A DNA stretch of 64,000 nucleotides from Octopus sinensis. Its lineage: Eukaryota. The position numbers and the translations under genes were made by a program. Shown one piece after another: positions 1 to 12,824 of the stretch. Positions within the stretch are counted from its first letter, which is position 1. Each line of letters starts with the position of its first letter. The notes below the pieces were generated by a model. That model saw only the letters and a program-made list of their open reading frames with translations, did not search any database and had not been told where the DNA came from. Where the stretch lies: contig NC_043000.1 of assembly GCF_006345805.1 (NCBI RefSeq), forward strand, positions 75,702,001-75,766,000, written 5' to 3'.

Positions 1-296
1 AAATATTATATACACGTGTGTATTCAGCAGTATTCCGATTCAATATATTGTTCTTGGTTTATTATTATTTGAATTCCTTTATGTTTTTCAATTTTCTTTT
101 AGTATTTTATCTGTTTTTCGTAGCTATAAATAAGATATTACAAATCGCAACATCCGGAAACAATTTAATAAGCGAAGAGAAGTTGTGTTATATGGTCATT
201 CCAGGAATGGGGCGGGATGTGGTCGAGAAACATGGTTCGTCGTCGTGGTTATTATCTGATGACCTCGTGAGACTGAAAGCGACAGACTTTTGACAC

Positions 297-396
297 NNNN
301 NNNNNNNNNNNNNNNNNNNNNNNNNNNNNNNNNNNNNNNNNNNNNNNNNNNNNNNNNNNNNNNNNNNNNNNNNNNNNNNNNNNNNNNNNNNNNNNN
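297..396. other. Assembly gap (100 N)
   Basis: Run of 100 N. Confidence 0.99.
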
Positions 397-537
397 GTAT
401 GTAGATATACACGTAATATCTATATATATACATACATGTGTATGTATATATATGTGAATGTATATAGGTATCTATAGGTTTATGCTTATAAATGTCTGTG
501 TATATGCATGTATATATGCGTATATATGTGTGTATAT
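397..537. repeat. (TA)n/(TATG)n compound microsatellite
   Basis: Directly visible, between the gap and the RTE tail. Confidence 0.9.
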
Positions 538-3500
538 CATCATCATCATCATCATCTTTTAACGTCAGCTTTCCATGCTAGCATGGATTGGACGATTTTG
601 ACTGAGGGCTGGCGAACCAGATGGCTGCACCAGGCTCCAATCTTGGTCTGGCAGAGTTTCTACAGCTGGATGCCCTTCCTAACGCCAACCACTCCGAGAG
701 TGTAATGTGTGCTTTTCACGTGTCACCGGCACGGGGCCAGTCAGGCAGTACTGGCAACGACCTTGCTCGAATCTTTTAATACATGCCACCAGCATCGGTG
801 CCAATAAGGCACGTGCAGATGGTGCTCTTGGCACCCTACTAGCATGAGCACAAGTACCAGTAAGGCAAGGCTGGTAACGATCACACTCACTCAAATAGTG
901 CCTTTTATGTGCCGCTGGCACGGAAGCCGGTTCGCCGCTCTGTCAACAATCACACTCGTATGGTGCTCATTGCACTCAACTAGCACGGATGCCAGTCATC
1001 GAATTTGATTTTGATTCTGATTTCACTTGCCTCAATAGGTCTTTGCAAGCAGAGTTTAGAGTCTAAAGAAGGAAAAGGTACGCATATGTGGGCTGGTTAT
1101 TCTCCTTACATAGGCCATGATGTTCTGGTCTCATTTGGCTTGCCAGATATTCTCGCAAAAGTCTCTACAAAAGTCTTGGTCACTAGTCATTTCCTTGGTG
1201 AGACCTAAAGTTTGAAGGTCGTGCTTCACCACTTTAGCCCAGGTCTTCCACAGGTTCCCTCAACTGCTAGGGTGTGGCACTTTTTCACATGGCTATCCTC
1301 ATCCATTCTTGCCACATGTCCATACCAGCACAGTCGTCTCTCTTGCACACCACATCTGATGCTTCTTAGGTCCAACTTTTCTCTCAAGGTACTTACACTC
1401 TGTTGAGTATGCACACTAACATTACACATCCATTGGATCATACTGGTTTTATTTGTTGCAAGCTTATACATGTCCTCAGCAGTCACAGTCCATGTTTCAC
1501 TGCCATGTAGCATGGCTGTTCGTACACATGCGTCATACAGTCTACCTTTTACTCTGAGCAAGAGGCCCTTTGTCACCAGCAGAGGTAAGAGCTCTGTGAA
1601 CTTTACCCAAGCTATTCTTATTCTAGCAACTACACTTTCAGCGCACCCTCCCCCGCTACTGACTTGGTCACCTAGGTAACAGAAGCTATAAACTACTTCT
1701 AGTTTTTCCCCTGGAATGTGGCGAAAGTTGTTCTCTGCGCATTTTCAGTGTTTATTGCTCTTGAGCATCTGCCACATACAAAACTATCTTCCCAGTTAGC
1801 CTTCCTTTGATATTACTGCACCTCTTATGTGTCCATAGCTTACACTGGGCACATTTTATAGAGTTTCTACCTATGCCTCTACTACAGATTGAGCAGGGCC
1901 ATCAAGCTGAAGGGATTTGTGGTTTGCCTGCCTTCCTACTTATTAGGACCTTGGTTTTAACTAGGTTGATTCTAAGGCCCTTCGATTCTAATCCTTGTTT
2001 CCACACTTGTAACTTCTCCTCTATTCCTGATAGTGACTCAGCAATTAGAGCAAGGTCATCAGCATAAAGGAGCTCCCAGGAGCATCCTGTCTTGAATTCC
2101 TCCGTTATTGCCTGGAGGACTATGATAAATTGGAGGGGGCAGAGGACTGAACCTTGGTGGACCCCTACCTCTACCCTGAATTCTTCTTTGTAGTCATTGC
2201 CAACCCTCACCTTACTGACAGCATCCCTGTACATGGCTTGCACAGCTCTCACTAACCATTCATCTATCCCTAGTTTCCTCATTGACCACCAGATTAGGGA
2301 TTGGGGGACCCTGTCAAAGGCTTTCTCCATGGCAACGAAAGCCAGGTACAGGGGCTTATCTTTGGCTAGGTATTTCTCCTGCAGCTGTCTTACCAGAAAT
2401 ATAACATCAGTGGTGCTTTTCCCTGGCACGAAACCAAACTGCATCTCTCTCCCTAATCAGTTGGGCTATGACCTTCTCCGTGACCCTCATTACCTATCCA
2501 ACAGCTTTATACTTCTATAATTATTTGTATCTAAAGTGTCACCTTTACCTTTGTAAAGCAGTTGACTATTATGCTGCTACACCAGTCATTGGGTATAACT
2601 CCTTCATGTATCACCTGGTTAACTATACGGGTGACTTGGCTATAGCCGACACTGCCAGATATTTTGAGCATCTCTGCAGTAATTCCTGTTTGGCCGGGGG
2701 CTTTCCCTGTCTTCATACTTTTAATTGCTTTATCTACCAAGGTACTGTCAACTCAGATAGCTGGTTCCTCTGTTGGGTCGACATTCAGCAGACTCTCTTT
2801 CTCCCATTCATTTTCTTTATTCAGCAACCTTTCATAGTGGCGTCTCCAAACCTCTCTCTTTTCAGCCTCATTTAGCGAAAGTGAACCATCATCCATGCGA
2901 ACACATTTCTCTCCTACAACATCACGTTTCTCTCACGAAATACCTCAAGTCTTTGGTCCTCATGGCACAGAACATTGGCAAATTTTTTCTTATCTGTCTC
3001 CCCTCTGGCTAAATAAACCTGCCTCCTAGCTTCCCTTCTGGCAGTCTGATACAATTCCCTGCTACCACCGTTCTTCCAGTCCTTCCAAGCCTGTTTCTTT
3101 CGTCTACTAGCCCTGTCAATAACATTGTTCCACCACCACGTTATTTTGGGTCGACAGGGGACTTTGCACCATCCACAGATCTGGTCGGTGGCCCTTAGCA
3201 GGTTGTCCCGTAGAAATCTCCAGTTGTCTTCTACACCATGTGAAGCTATATCCCCTTCTATTTCGTCAAAGGCTCCGAGTAATATGTCTCTAAATCTCTG
3301 TCCATTTGCAGAATCTTTAAGTTCCAGACCCTTCTTCTCCTTGCTGATCGTCTTCTGGGCATCATTTAGCCCTGATTCTAAAGTTACTTACTACCAGTCT
3401 ATGTTGTGGGGTACATTCTTCACCTGGGAAGGTTTTGGCATTTATAAGCAGCCATCTTCCCCTTTTTCTGGTGAGGATGTAGTCAATTTGACTAGTGTCT

Positions 3501-4525
3501 GCCAGAGTGGTAGGTGACTAGGTGACTGGCTGGTTTTCTGAAGTTAGTATTGCAAACCATAAGATCATTGGCATCACAGAACTCCAGCAGCCTGGTTCCC
3601 TCCTCATTGTGAGAGCCAAGACCGTAGCCTCCATGTATGCCATGGAAGCCCCTGACATGTTGTCCAACATGTCCATTGAAGTCACCAGCCACAAAGAGAA
3701 GGTCCCTATCATTCGTCAATGCGGTAGTCTGCAAGAGGGTATCATAGAGGGTATCTTTCTGTCCATCGGGTAGCCCTGGCTGAGGGGCATAGGCCGAGAT
3801 AATGGTTGCTAACCCATGATGGAGCACTAATCTAATCTTAAGTATTCTGTCGCATACTCTGACTACCTCAATTACTTTATCTACCTATTTCTCGGCAAGA
3901 AGTATACCCTCACCCCCAACCCCGTCAGTGTTCCCCGCCCAGAAAATCTTGTACCTGTGTTCTTTGCCTGTGAGAAACCTAGCAGAACCTCCTCTCCACC
4001 TTTCTTCTTGGATGCAACACATATCGACACATCTCCATTCAAGCATCCCAACAATCTCACCAGACCTACCTTTCAGTAGAGTTCCAACCCCGAGGGTGTG
4101 GGAGGTATGGGCCTAGAGACCCCTGGGAGGTATGGCTCTAGAGACCCTGGGATGGGGGACAGTGGCGTCATGTACCTGAAAAGAGAGCTCGCATTTGGCA
4201 GAATTCATAAGCAAACAATAGTTCAACCTGCGTACACTACACTATCATATTTTGCACCGTATGGTCACTACCTTATATAGTAGGGGTGGGGATGGTGTAA
4301 GGTCTTTAGAGGGACAACCAAAGGATGACAAAATAGGGACTTCCGGTACAAGTGGAGAGGGTGGGAGGGCGTACTGCAAACTAGCAAACGTGGGCAAGTT
4401 CTAGGTATTAAGAGAGACAGACAGACAGAGTGAAGGCCGCGAAACAGATAGATAGACACATGGTGGGCCAGAGAGGTGGGGGCACAACACGCAGGAGGAA
4501 TGGTTTCGGGATTGAGTGGCATAGT
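538..4525 (-). mobile_element. Near full-length degraded RTE-clade LINE (PHD-containing family)
   Basis: Minus-strand APE pieces (3492-3827: YAPQ, GDFNGHVG; the VDMCCIQE region near 4000), RT 1902-2444 (QFGFVPGKSTTD, EKAFD, GVHQGS, YADD), C-terminus 1226-1576 (LRWYGHV-like), and a 3' UTR ending in (GAT)n, seen as (CAT)n at 538. Stops and frameshifts present. Homologous to 8129-12668. Confidence 0.93.
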
Positions 4526-4689
4526 TAATTAACGAGACAGCAGATGTTGATAATAGTAAATAGAATTTGAGAATCTGAGAGCCAGTCTAAGACAAAATTA
4601 GAGATGATAATTAACGAGACAGCAGATGTTAATAATAGTAAATAGAATTGGAGAATCTGAGAGCCAGTCTAAGACAAAATTAGAGATGA
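4526..4689. repeat. Tandem duplication, 2 x 82 bp
   Basis: TAATTAACGAGACAGCAGATGTT...AATTAGAGATGA at 4526-4607 and 4608-4689 with few mismatches. Confidence 0.92.
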
Positions 4690-5559
4690 ATAACTGTGTG
4701 ATTGTGTGATAAATTTCCATAGATGAGTGAAAGAATATGTTGCAGATTAAGGAAATGCATGTCTTAGACATCAACAAGTAAGACAAAACTATAGAACTAT
4801 ATTTACATGATGCTGAAATAGACAGAATAAGACAGAATAGAGAGAAACTAATAAGGGTTTATAAGGGTGTATGATATGCGCAGAAATATAATGTAAGTAA
4901 CAGTTGAAAGTTTTAAAAATTCTCTCGTCTGAAATTTTGCATCCTCTGAGATTCGAATTTTACAGCCAAGGTGTGTATATGTGCATGTGTGTGTGTATAT
5001 ATACATGTATATTTTTTACTGGGTAAGGTCGATTATGGAATTACCTTTGTTTTCCCATCCTAAAAGAGTTTAACTTTATTGCATATCGTCAGACCCCAAA
5101 ACTTCTTCAAAATATGGAGAGGAAGGCCAAAACCTTTTCAAAATATGAAGGAGGAGGGCCTTGTTATGAATGCAATCAAGGGGATTATCTCCCATTGCCA
5201 TTGGCTATCGACTTCTGGCTGTGCCACCATCTTGCAGATTCCAAAATACCAGCAAACATTTTCTAAAATGCAAACATGGCACAAAAATCTCCTTTCTGCA
5301 GTTAAGGATGCTCTCTGGCTCAAACCAGTGGTGTAGCATATAAGACCATAGCGGGTCTTCTTCTAGCACAATGGATGTCCAGTTACAGTTCATCTGTGTT
5401 ATATAATAGTTTCACTTTAATAGTTTCAGTATTAAAGTGAAAGCATGTTGTTTTTGTTTCACTTTTGACACGTAATACTGAAATAGTGGAGAAGATATGA
5501 CATTGCTGTGGGCTCGCACTAGACAAGAAGTTTAAAAAATTTTTTGCCTTGGGTAAGGC

Positions 5560-8100
5560 ACGTTCTCCATACTTTCAGAGCCCAGGTATTTAGCTTAGCC
5601 AAGGACTTAGAATTTCTGGGAAGATGCTGCAAAAAAAGAAAAAAAGAAAGAGCATATGGAGAGGACACTTCATTCTTGCTGTAACAGGTAAGGGAAACAA
5701 CATGGGAGTGGCAGATTACAGGTTATAAGGCATCCTTATTTGGTGAAGAGGGAAGTTGCCACAGGTCATCTTAGATGATGGGAGTGATTATTCAATTGCA
5801 CTGATCAGCTTACCACCCGTCTTAAACTGGGCAGTCCCCAATCAGTAAGGTGCTAATCCACCACGTCTATCCACTGCTAAGGGTGTATGGAGCTAGGACA
5901 AAAGCCAAAAAGCAGACGTAAAGCCCAGCACCTGGCAAAAGAGGAAGAAAATTGAAATTGACCCCATTGAAACTGGGGATCTGGAATGTCAGAACAATGA
6001 CAACCGGAATGGATATTACTGACCTAGACAAAACAGAGGACATCAGAAAAACGGCAATCATTGACAAGGACTTCACACGGCTGAATGTAGACATCACTGC
6101 CCTGCAAGAGACAAGTCTTGCTGACTCTGGTTCCATTAGGGAAAGAAATCACACATTTTTCTGGAAGGGTCTTGGGGAAGATAAGAGGAGAATCCATGGT
6201 GTGGGGTTCGCAGTCCACAACAGATTGCTGAACAAGATCAGTACTCCTCAAGGCATATCTGAGCGCATCACTATCATGGAAGTGAAGACTAAAACTGGAA
6301 GGGCCCATCTCATTAGTGCCTATGCCCGGATTCTAACAGCAGAAAATGAGAAGAAAGATCAGTTCTATGAGGAACTTCAGGATGTGATCAACAGTGTCTC
6401 AAGGGCAGACCAACTCTTTCTCATGGATGATTTCAATGCAAAGTAGGTGCTGATCACCAAGCATGGCCCAACTGCCTTGGACAGTTTGGACTACATTGCA
6501 AACACCTTCTACAATGGCAAAGACCAGCATAAAGTTTTTTGGTGTCATCCAAGATCAGGTCATTGGCACCAGATTGACTTCATCATCGTTAGAAAGAATG
6601 ATGTCAACACTGTGAAGTAAACAAGCTCCTTTCACAGTGCAGACTGTAACACAGATCATCTGTTGGTTATAGCCAAGGTAAAGATGGTCACAAAGAAAAT
6701 ACCAAGAGCCGAAAAACCAAAGAAACCTAAGATCAACACAAAAAACACCCAAGATCCAGCAATGAGAACCAAATTTCAAGAATATGTTGAAGAACAGCTC
6801 CTAAACTTAGATAGCTCATTCCCTGATGACATGTGGAACACGAAATCAGCAATATATGATTTTCTGACTAAGGCATTTGATACAGTCAGCAGATCAGGAC
6901 TGTACAGGGTGCTTGGAAAATGTGGCACTCCCCCAATACTGCTGCAGCTTATTGTTTCATTCCATGATGACATGAAGGCCACCATTCAGTTTGATGGTTT
7001 AATATCAGATAGCTTCAACATCAACAGCAGAGTAAAACAAGGTTGTGTCTTAGCACCAATCCTTTTCAGCATTTACTTTGCTGTATTGCTGCAGTATGCA
7101 TTTCAAGAGTTGCCAGGAGCTGTCTACCTTTGTTGGAGAACTGATGGGGCACTCTTTGATCTTTCTAGACTTCAGGCCAAGACCAAGATCAATAAAGCAA
7201 CAATAAGAGACTTTCTCTTTACCGACAATGCAGCACTTGTTGCTCACAGTGAATTAATTCTACAAATAATGATGGACCACCTATCATCAGCATGCAAGGC
7301 CTTTGGTTTGGTCATCAGTGTAAAGAAGACAGTCATCCTCACTCAAGAGGGTGCAGTGAAAGGCCATATCAAACTTGATGACAAAGAGCTTGATACAGTG
7401 GACAGGTTCTGCTATCTAGGATCTACCATTTCCTCTACTGCTTCACTTGATGATGAGATTAACGTCAGGATAAGGAAGGCTGACAAAACAAGCATGGAAG
7501 AACAAGAGATTAGACATTAAGAAAAAGATCAGGATTTATGAGGCATGTGTTCTCAGCACACTCCTCTATGGATCTGAAAGATGGACCTTGTACAGCAGAT
7601 AGGAAAGGTGCTTTGCCATTTTCCATCTCAGATGCCTCCACAAGATCTTAGGCCTAACATGGCACGATTAGGTCACCAATGTTGAAGTGCTGGCCCAGGT
7701 GAATCTTCAGAGCATGACAGCTCTCTTGTGTATGAGAAAACTGAGGTGGCTGGGGCATGTCAGGAGAATGGATGACCATCAAATCCTGAAGCAACTGCTC
7801 TATGGAGAACTGGCTCAGGGTAAGAGACCAAGACCAAAACTGAGGTACACGGACACTTGCAAAACTAGTTTGTCCAAGTGTGAGGTGGATGTTGGCACCT
7901 GGGAAGAGAGAGCTGAGGACAGAACAACATGGAGGACTGTGGTGAAGGAAGGAACTGCTTCCCTACAGAGCAGCTACAGAAACAAACAAGTTGAGAAGCG
8001 TCAGCAGCGAAAGGAAAACAATAGAAATGCAAAGCGCCAAGCCACCCTCTTGGTATGCAAGTACTGTAGCAGAAGCTGCAATAAAAGGAGCCTCTAATAT
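5560..8100 (+). mobile_element. Degraded RTE/BovB-like LINE with internal deletion
   Basis: APE ORF 5952-6446 (LGIWNVRT, ALQET, AYA, DFNAK); RT 6663-7520 (KAFDTV, VKQGCVLAPILF, FTDN for FADD, FCYLGS); C-terminus 7687-8097 (LRWLGHV, QLLYGEL, CKYC). 5' boundary approximate. Confidence 0.9.
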
Positions 8101-8550
8101 GTTTGATTAAGTGACCTCTAACTAAATTGACCGCCATCGGCGGTCTTTCCTCCTCTTCTTCTTCTTATGCTAAAACTTGAAAATCGCCATTACCATTACG
8201 ATTCTACAATTTAAATTCCCAATTCAACTTACTTTCTTCTTCAATTTCAACTCCCGGTCGATGCCCGCAGCAAGTTCTTAAAAATTTATCTTACTATTTT
8301 TATTTTTCCATACATAACGCGACATACATTCATTCGTTGTTACTACGTTTATTCATACATTGATAACTTGATTCGTCTTACCCATCTCTCTCACTACGAA
8401 AATTTAACCTTTTAGGCTACTTTCAAGCCTTCGCCATAACTTGATTTATCTTTCCTATCTCTCTCTCTACGAAATTTAACCTTAGGCTACCTCAAGCCGT
8501 AATCCCATCTTTCCCCATCTTTCCGCCATCGGCGGTGCGCCCGCCCCCCA

Positions 8551-8720
8551 CCCCCACCACCAATACCGATGAACACTGTTCTCACCCCCACCACCAATAC
8601 CGATGAACACTGTTCTCACCCCCACCACCAATACCGGTGAACACTGTTCTCACCGCCACCACCAATACCGGTGAACACTGTTCTCACCCCCACCACCAAT
8701 ACCAGTATACCCTGTTCTCA
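8551..8720 (+). repeat. Five tandem 34-bp repeats in the LINE 5' UTR
   Basis: Unit CCCCCACCACCAATACCGATGAACACTGTTCTCA starts at 8551, 8585, 8619, 8653 and 8687; no spacers. Confidence 0.95.
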
Positions 8721-9137
8721 CCATCTACACCGGATACGCCCTACTCCCTCCTCCTCCCCCCACTACCCCTTCTCCTCATATGCTTTCACTGTGAAAAGAC
8801 AAGCTGCTAGCGCCATAGCTCATCAACTGCCCACCGATCTTACGCTTCCTCCTGACACTGCCTCAATCCGACCATCCCCTTTTAGTACCCTCCCGCCTCG
8901 TAATATCCTACGTTTTTATTTCTTACGAACCTACACCAACCCTTCCTGCCATCGTTCCTCCTTACCCCAACCTTCCCCACTGGTTGCTCCCCTATATTAC
9001 CCGAACCCTCTACTATCTCTCCCTCTCTTTCACTGGTGAAACCTTTCTCAACTGGACCCCCCCCCCTCCCCAACTCAACTCTAGAATATCTGTATTTCTT
9101 TCCTCTACCTAATTACCTTACTCAGTGACGATAACGA

Positions 9138-12100
9138 ATGTCCACTGCTAACACCAGCTCCTGCCCACGGCGTGGTCAGGTTGGAAGAGAGATCAAAAGA
9201 AAAATACCACGAAAACTATCACCACCACAACAACCCTCCTCTTCTCAGGCGCCGAATCCCCCCCGTCCCCCCCACATCTCCTTCCCAGTTTTCAGAGTTG
9301 GCACTATCAATGTTGGTACATTGACAGGCAAGTCTAGTGAGATTGTAGAGATGCTAGAGAGAAGACAGGTTGATGTATGCTGCATACAAGAGGTAAGATG
9401 GAGAGATGCTTCGGCTAGGGTCCTCACGGGCAAGGCACTTAGGTACAAACTCTACTGGCAAGGTAACGCGGAAGGTGTAGGGGGTGTAGGCATTCTCCTT
9501 GCGGAGGAATGGGTGGATAAGGTCATAGAGGTTGTCAGGGTTTGTGATAGAGTGCTTAAGCTCAGGTTGGTCCTACAGAGTGGCACAGCTATGATTATCT
9601 CAGCCTATGCCCCACAAGCGGGACTACCAAATGATCAGAAGGACAACTTTTATGATACCCTTCTGCAGGCTACTTCAAAGACTAGTAACAAGGACCTCAT
9701 CTTTGTAGGTGGAGATTTTAATGGGCATGTTGGGCGGGAATCGGGTATCTTCACTGGGGTACATGGTGGCTATGGTATTGGCACCAGAAATGATGAGGGA
9801 ACTAGACTGCTGGAATTCTGTGATGCATGTAACCTTTCAATCTGCAACACTAACTTCAAGAAGCCAGTCTGCCACCTTATAACTTATCAGTCAGGAGACT
9901 CCGCTAGCCAAATAGACTTCATCCTCACCAGACAACGGGATGCAGGGTTGCTCTTGAATACAAAGACCCTCCCGGGTGAAGAATGTATCCCTCAGCATAG
10001 ACTAATCATCAGTGACTTTAAGCTTGAGGCCAGAAGGACTCCAAGAAACAAACCAATCCAGAAAAGAAGGATTTGGAGGCTAAAGAACCCTTCGCATGGT
10101 CAGAAATTTAGGGACATACTCATCAAGAAATTTGATGAGAGGGAGGAGGAGCTTCAGACGTCAGACATAGAAGGTAGCTGGGAATTCCTACGGGACAGCT
10201 TGCTGAGTGCCACAGACCAAGTCTGTGGATGGTGCAAAGTCCCTTCCAGACCTAGAATTACGTGGTGGTGGAATAGTGCAGTAGATAAAGCCATCTGTGA
10301 AAAGAGACGGGCCTGGAAAGCCTGGAAGGATGGGGGGGCAGCAGGGAACTGTACCAGATAGCCAAAAGGGAGGCTGGGCGGCAGGTATACATTGCCAAAG
10401 ATGTAGCAGAAAAGAAGAAGTTTGCCAATGTCCAGCATCGCGAGGATCAAAGAGCTGAAGTATTTCGGATTGCCAGACAGTGTGTCAGAGAAAATAGCGA
10501 TGTTATAGGAGAGAAATGTGTCCGCATGGATGATGGGGCACTTGCTTTTACTACTAGTGAAAAGAAAGAGGCTTGGAGAAGCCATTATGAAAGACTGCTG
10601 AATGAGGAGAATGAATGGGAGGAGGAGAGCCTGCCAAATGTTGACCCAGTAGAGGAACCAGCTACCCGAATAGACAGCTCCCTTGTAGATAAGGCAATTA
10701 AGGATATGAAACCAGGCAAAGCCCCTGGCCTGTCAGGAATCACTGCTGAGATGCTTAAAACAGCTGGCTATGTGGGCTATGCCATAGTCACCCGCATTGT
10801 AAACCAGGTAGTTCACAATGGAGTCATACCCAATGACTGGTGCAGCAGCACCATAGTCAACTGCTACAAGGGTAAGGGTGATGCTCTAGATAGAAATAAC
10901 TACAGAGGTATCAAACTGTTGGACCAGGTGATGAAGGTCTCAGAAAAGGTCATAACCAATCTCATTAGGGAGAGAATTTGTTTAGATGAAATGCAGTTCG
11001 GTTTTGTACCAGGTAGAAGCACCACTGATGCTATATTCCTGGTCCGACAACTGCAGGAGAAGTACCTAGCTAAAGATAAACCCCTCTACATAGCTTTTGT
11101 AGACTTGGAGAAAGCCTTTGACAGGGTTCCCCGTTCCCTTATCTGGTGGTCGATGCGGAAACTGGAGATTGAAGAATGGCTAATAAGGGCTGTACAGGCT
11201 CTATACAGAGAGGCTGTCAGCAAGGTTAGGATTGGCAACGAATATAGTGAAGAATTCCGGGTAGAAGTAGGTGTGCACCAGGCTCAGCCCTCAGTCCCCT
11301 TTTATTCATCATAGTCCTTCAGGCAATAACAGAGGAATTCAAAACGGGATGCCCCTGGGAGCTCCTCTATGCCGATGACCTAGCTCTCATAGCAGAATCA
11401 CTACCGGAACTAGAAGAGAAATTTCGGGTGTGGAAGCAAGGGTTGGAATCAAAGGGCCTTAGAATAAATGTAGCAAAGACCAAAGTATTAGTAAGCAGCA
11501 GAAGAGGTACTCAGCACACACCCCCTCGGGTAGGTGGCCCTGCTCAACCTGTAGGAAAGGTACAGGTAGAAACTCCATAAGATGCACCCAATGTAAGTTA
11601 TGGACACATAAGAGGTGCAGCAACATTAAAGGGAAATTAACAGATAAGATAGCTTTCATGTGCGGCAGATGCACAGGGACAATAGACACAACAGACACTC
11701 AGAAAACAGATTCCATCACACTCCAGGGAGAGAAACTAGAAGTAGTTGATAGTTTCCGCTACCTGGGTGACCAAGTTAGTAGCGGAGGTGGATGCACAGA
11801 GAGTATCACCACTAGAATACGAATAGCCTGGGCAAAGTTCAGAAAGCTCCTACCCCTACTGGCAACAAAAGGTCTCTCCCTCAGAGCAAAAGGTAGATTG
11901 TATGATGCATGTGTGCGAACTGCCATGCTTCACGGTAATGAAACATGGGCTGTGACTGCAGAAGACATGCGTAGACTTGAAAGAAATGAAGCTAGCATGA
12001 TCCGCTGGATGTGTAGTGTCAGTGTGCACGCAAGACAGAGTGTAAGCATCCTGAGAGAAATGCTGGATATAAGAAGCATCAGATGTGGTGTGCAAGAGCG

Positions 12101-12310
12101 ACGCTTGCGATGGTATGGTCATGTGCTGCGGATGGATGAAGAGAGATGTGTGAAGAAGTGCCACTCCCAAACAGTTGAAGGTATCAGGGGGAGAGGTAGA
12201 CCCAGGAAGACATGGGATGAGGTAGTCAAGCATGACCTCAGAGCATTGGGCCTCACTGAGGCAATGGCGAAGGACCGAGATCTCTGGAGATATGCTGTGA
12301 CTACAAAGAC
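9138..12310 (+). pseudogene. APE-RT-PHD polyprotein ORF, broken by about 3 frameshifts
   Basis: Frame changes at the G7 run 10332-10338, near 11281 (GVHQ(G)S motif) and near 11500-11520. The frames otherwise join into one RTE ORF. Confidence 0.88.
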
Positions 12311-12824
12311 CCGGGCTGCTTTCTGCAGCAATTCCACATACCCCCTACCCATTCTAAGTACCCCGGATCCCCAAAGTACCCCGATCCCCAAAGTACCCCG
12401 GACCTCGTTGCCCCCGTGCCGCTGACACGTTAAAAGCTCGAACCGATCGTGACCGATGCCGGACCCTCCGGCCCCTGTGCAGGTGGCACGTAAAAAGCAC
12501 CCAATCCACTCACGGAGTGGTTGGCGTTAGGAAGGGCATCCAGCCGTAGAAACTCTGCCAGATTCAGACTGGAGCCTGGAGCGGCCCCTGGCTTCCCAGA
12601 CCCGGTCGAACCGTCCAACACGTGCTAGCGGACGTTAAACGATGATGATGATGATGATGATGATGATGTGTATATATATATATAATATTAGGGAGTATAA
12701 CTCCAAACTTAGAGGGAAGAATTCAATTTAGTATTAAATCAAATTTCACAATATAAATATATAATATATGAATTAGAGAAAAACCACTATTATGCAATTC
12801 AAACAATGATAGACATAAACCAAA

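Larger units (their letters stand above)
8129..12668 (+). mobile_element. Full-length RTE-clade LINE (PHD-containing family), few lesions
   Basis: About 1 kb C-rich 5' UTR; ORF from 9138 (APE: GTINVGT, CCIQEVRW, YAPQ, GDFNGHVG, IDFIL) continuing through 10526-11314 (RT), YADD near 11370 and 11658-12425; 3' UTR with GGTTGGCGTTAGGAAGGGCATCCAGCC and a (GAT)n tail ending 12668. Confidence 0.95.

Noticed and set aside
6823-6850. CTGATGA...GAAA hammerhead-like string
   Set aside because: Stem II does not close, no stem I or III pairing, and it lies inside an RT reading frame.
8551-8720. 34-bp repeats as a CRISPR array
   Set aside because: Repeats are contiguous with no unique spacers, there are no cas genes, and the context is a eukaryotic LINE 5' UTR.
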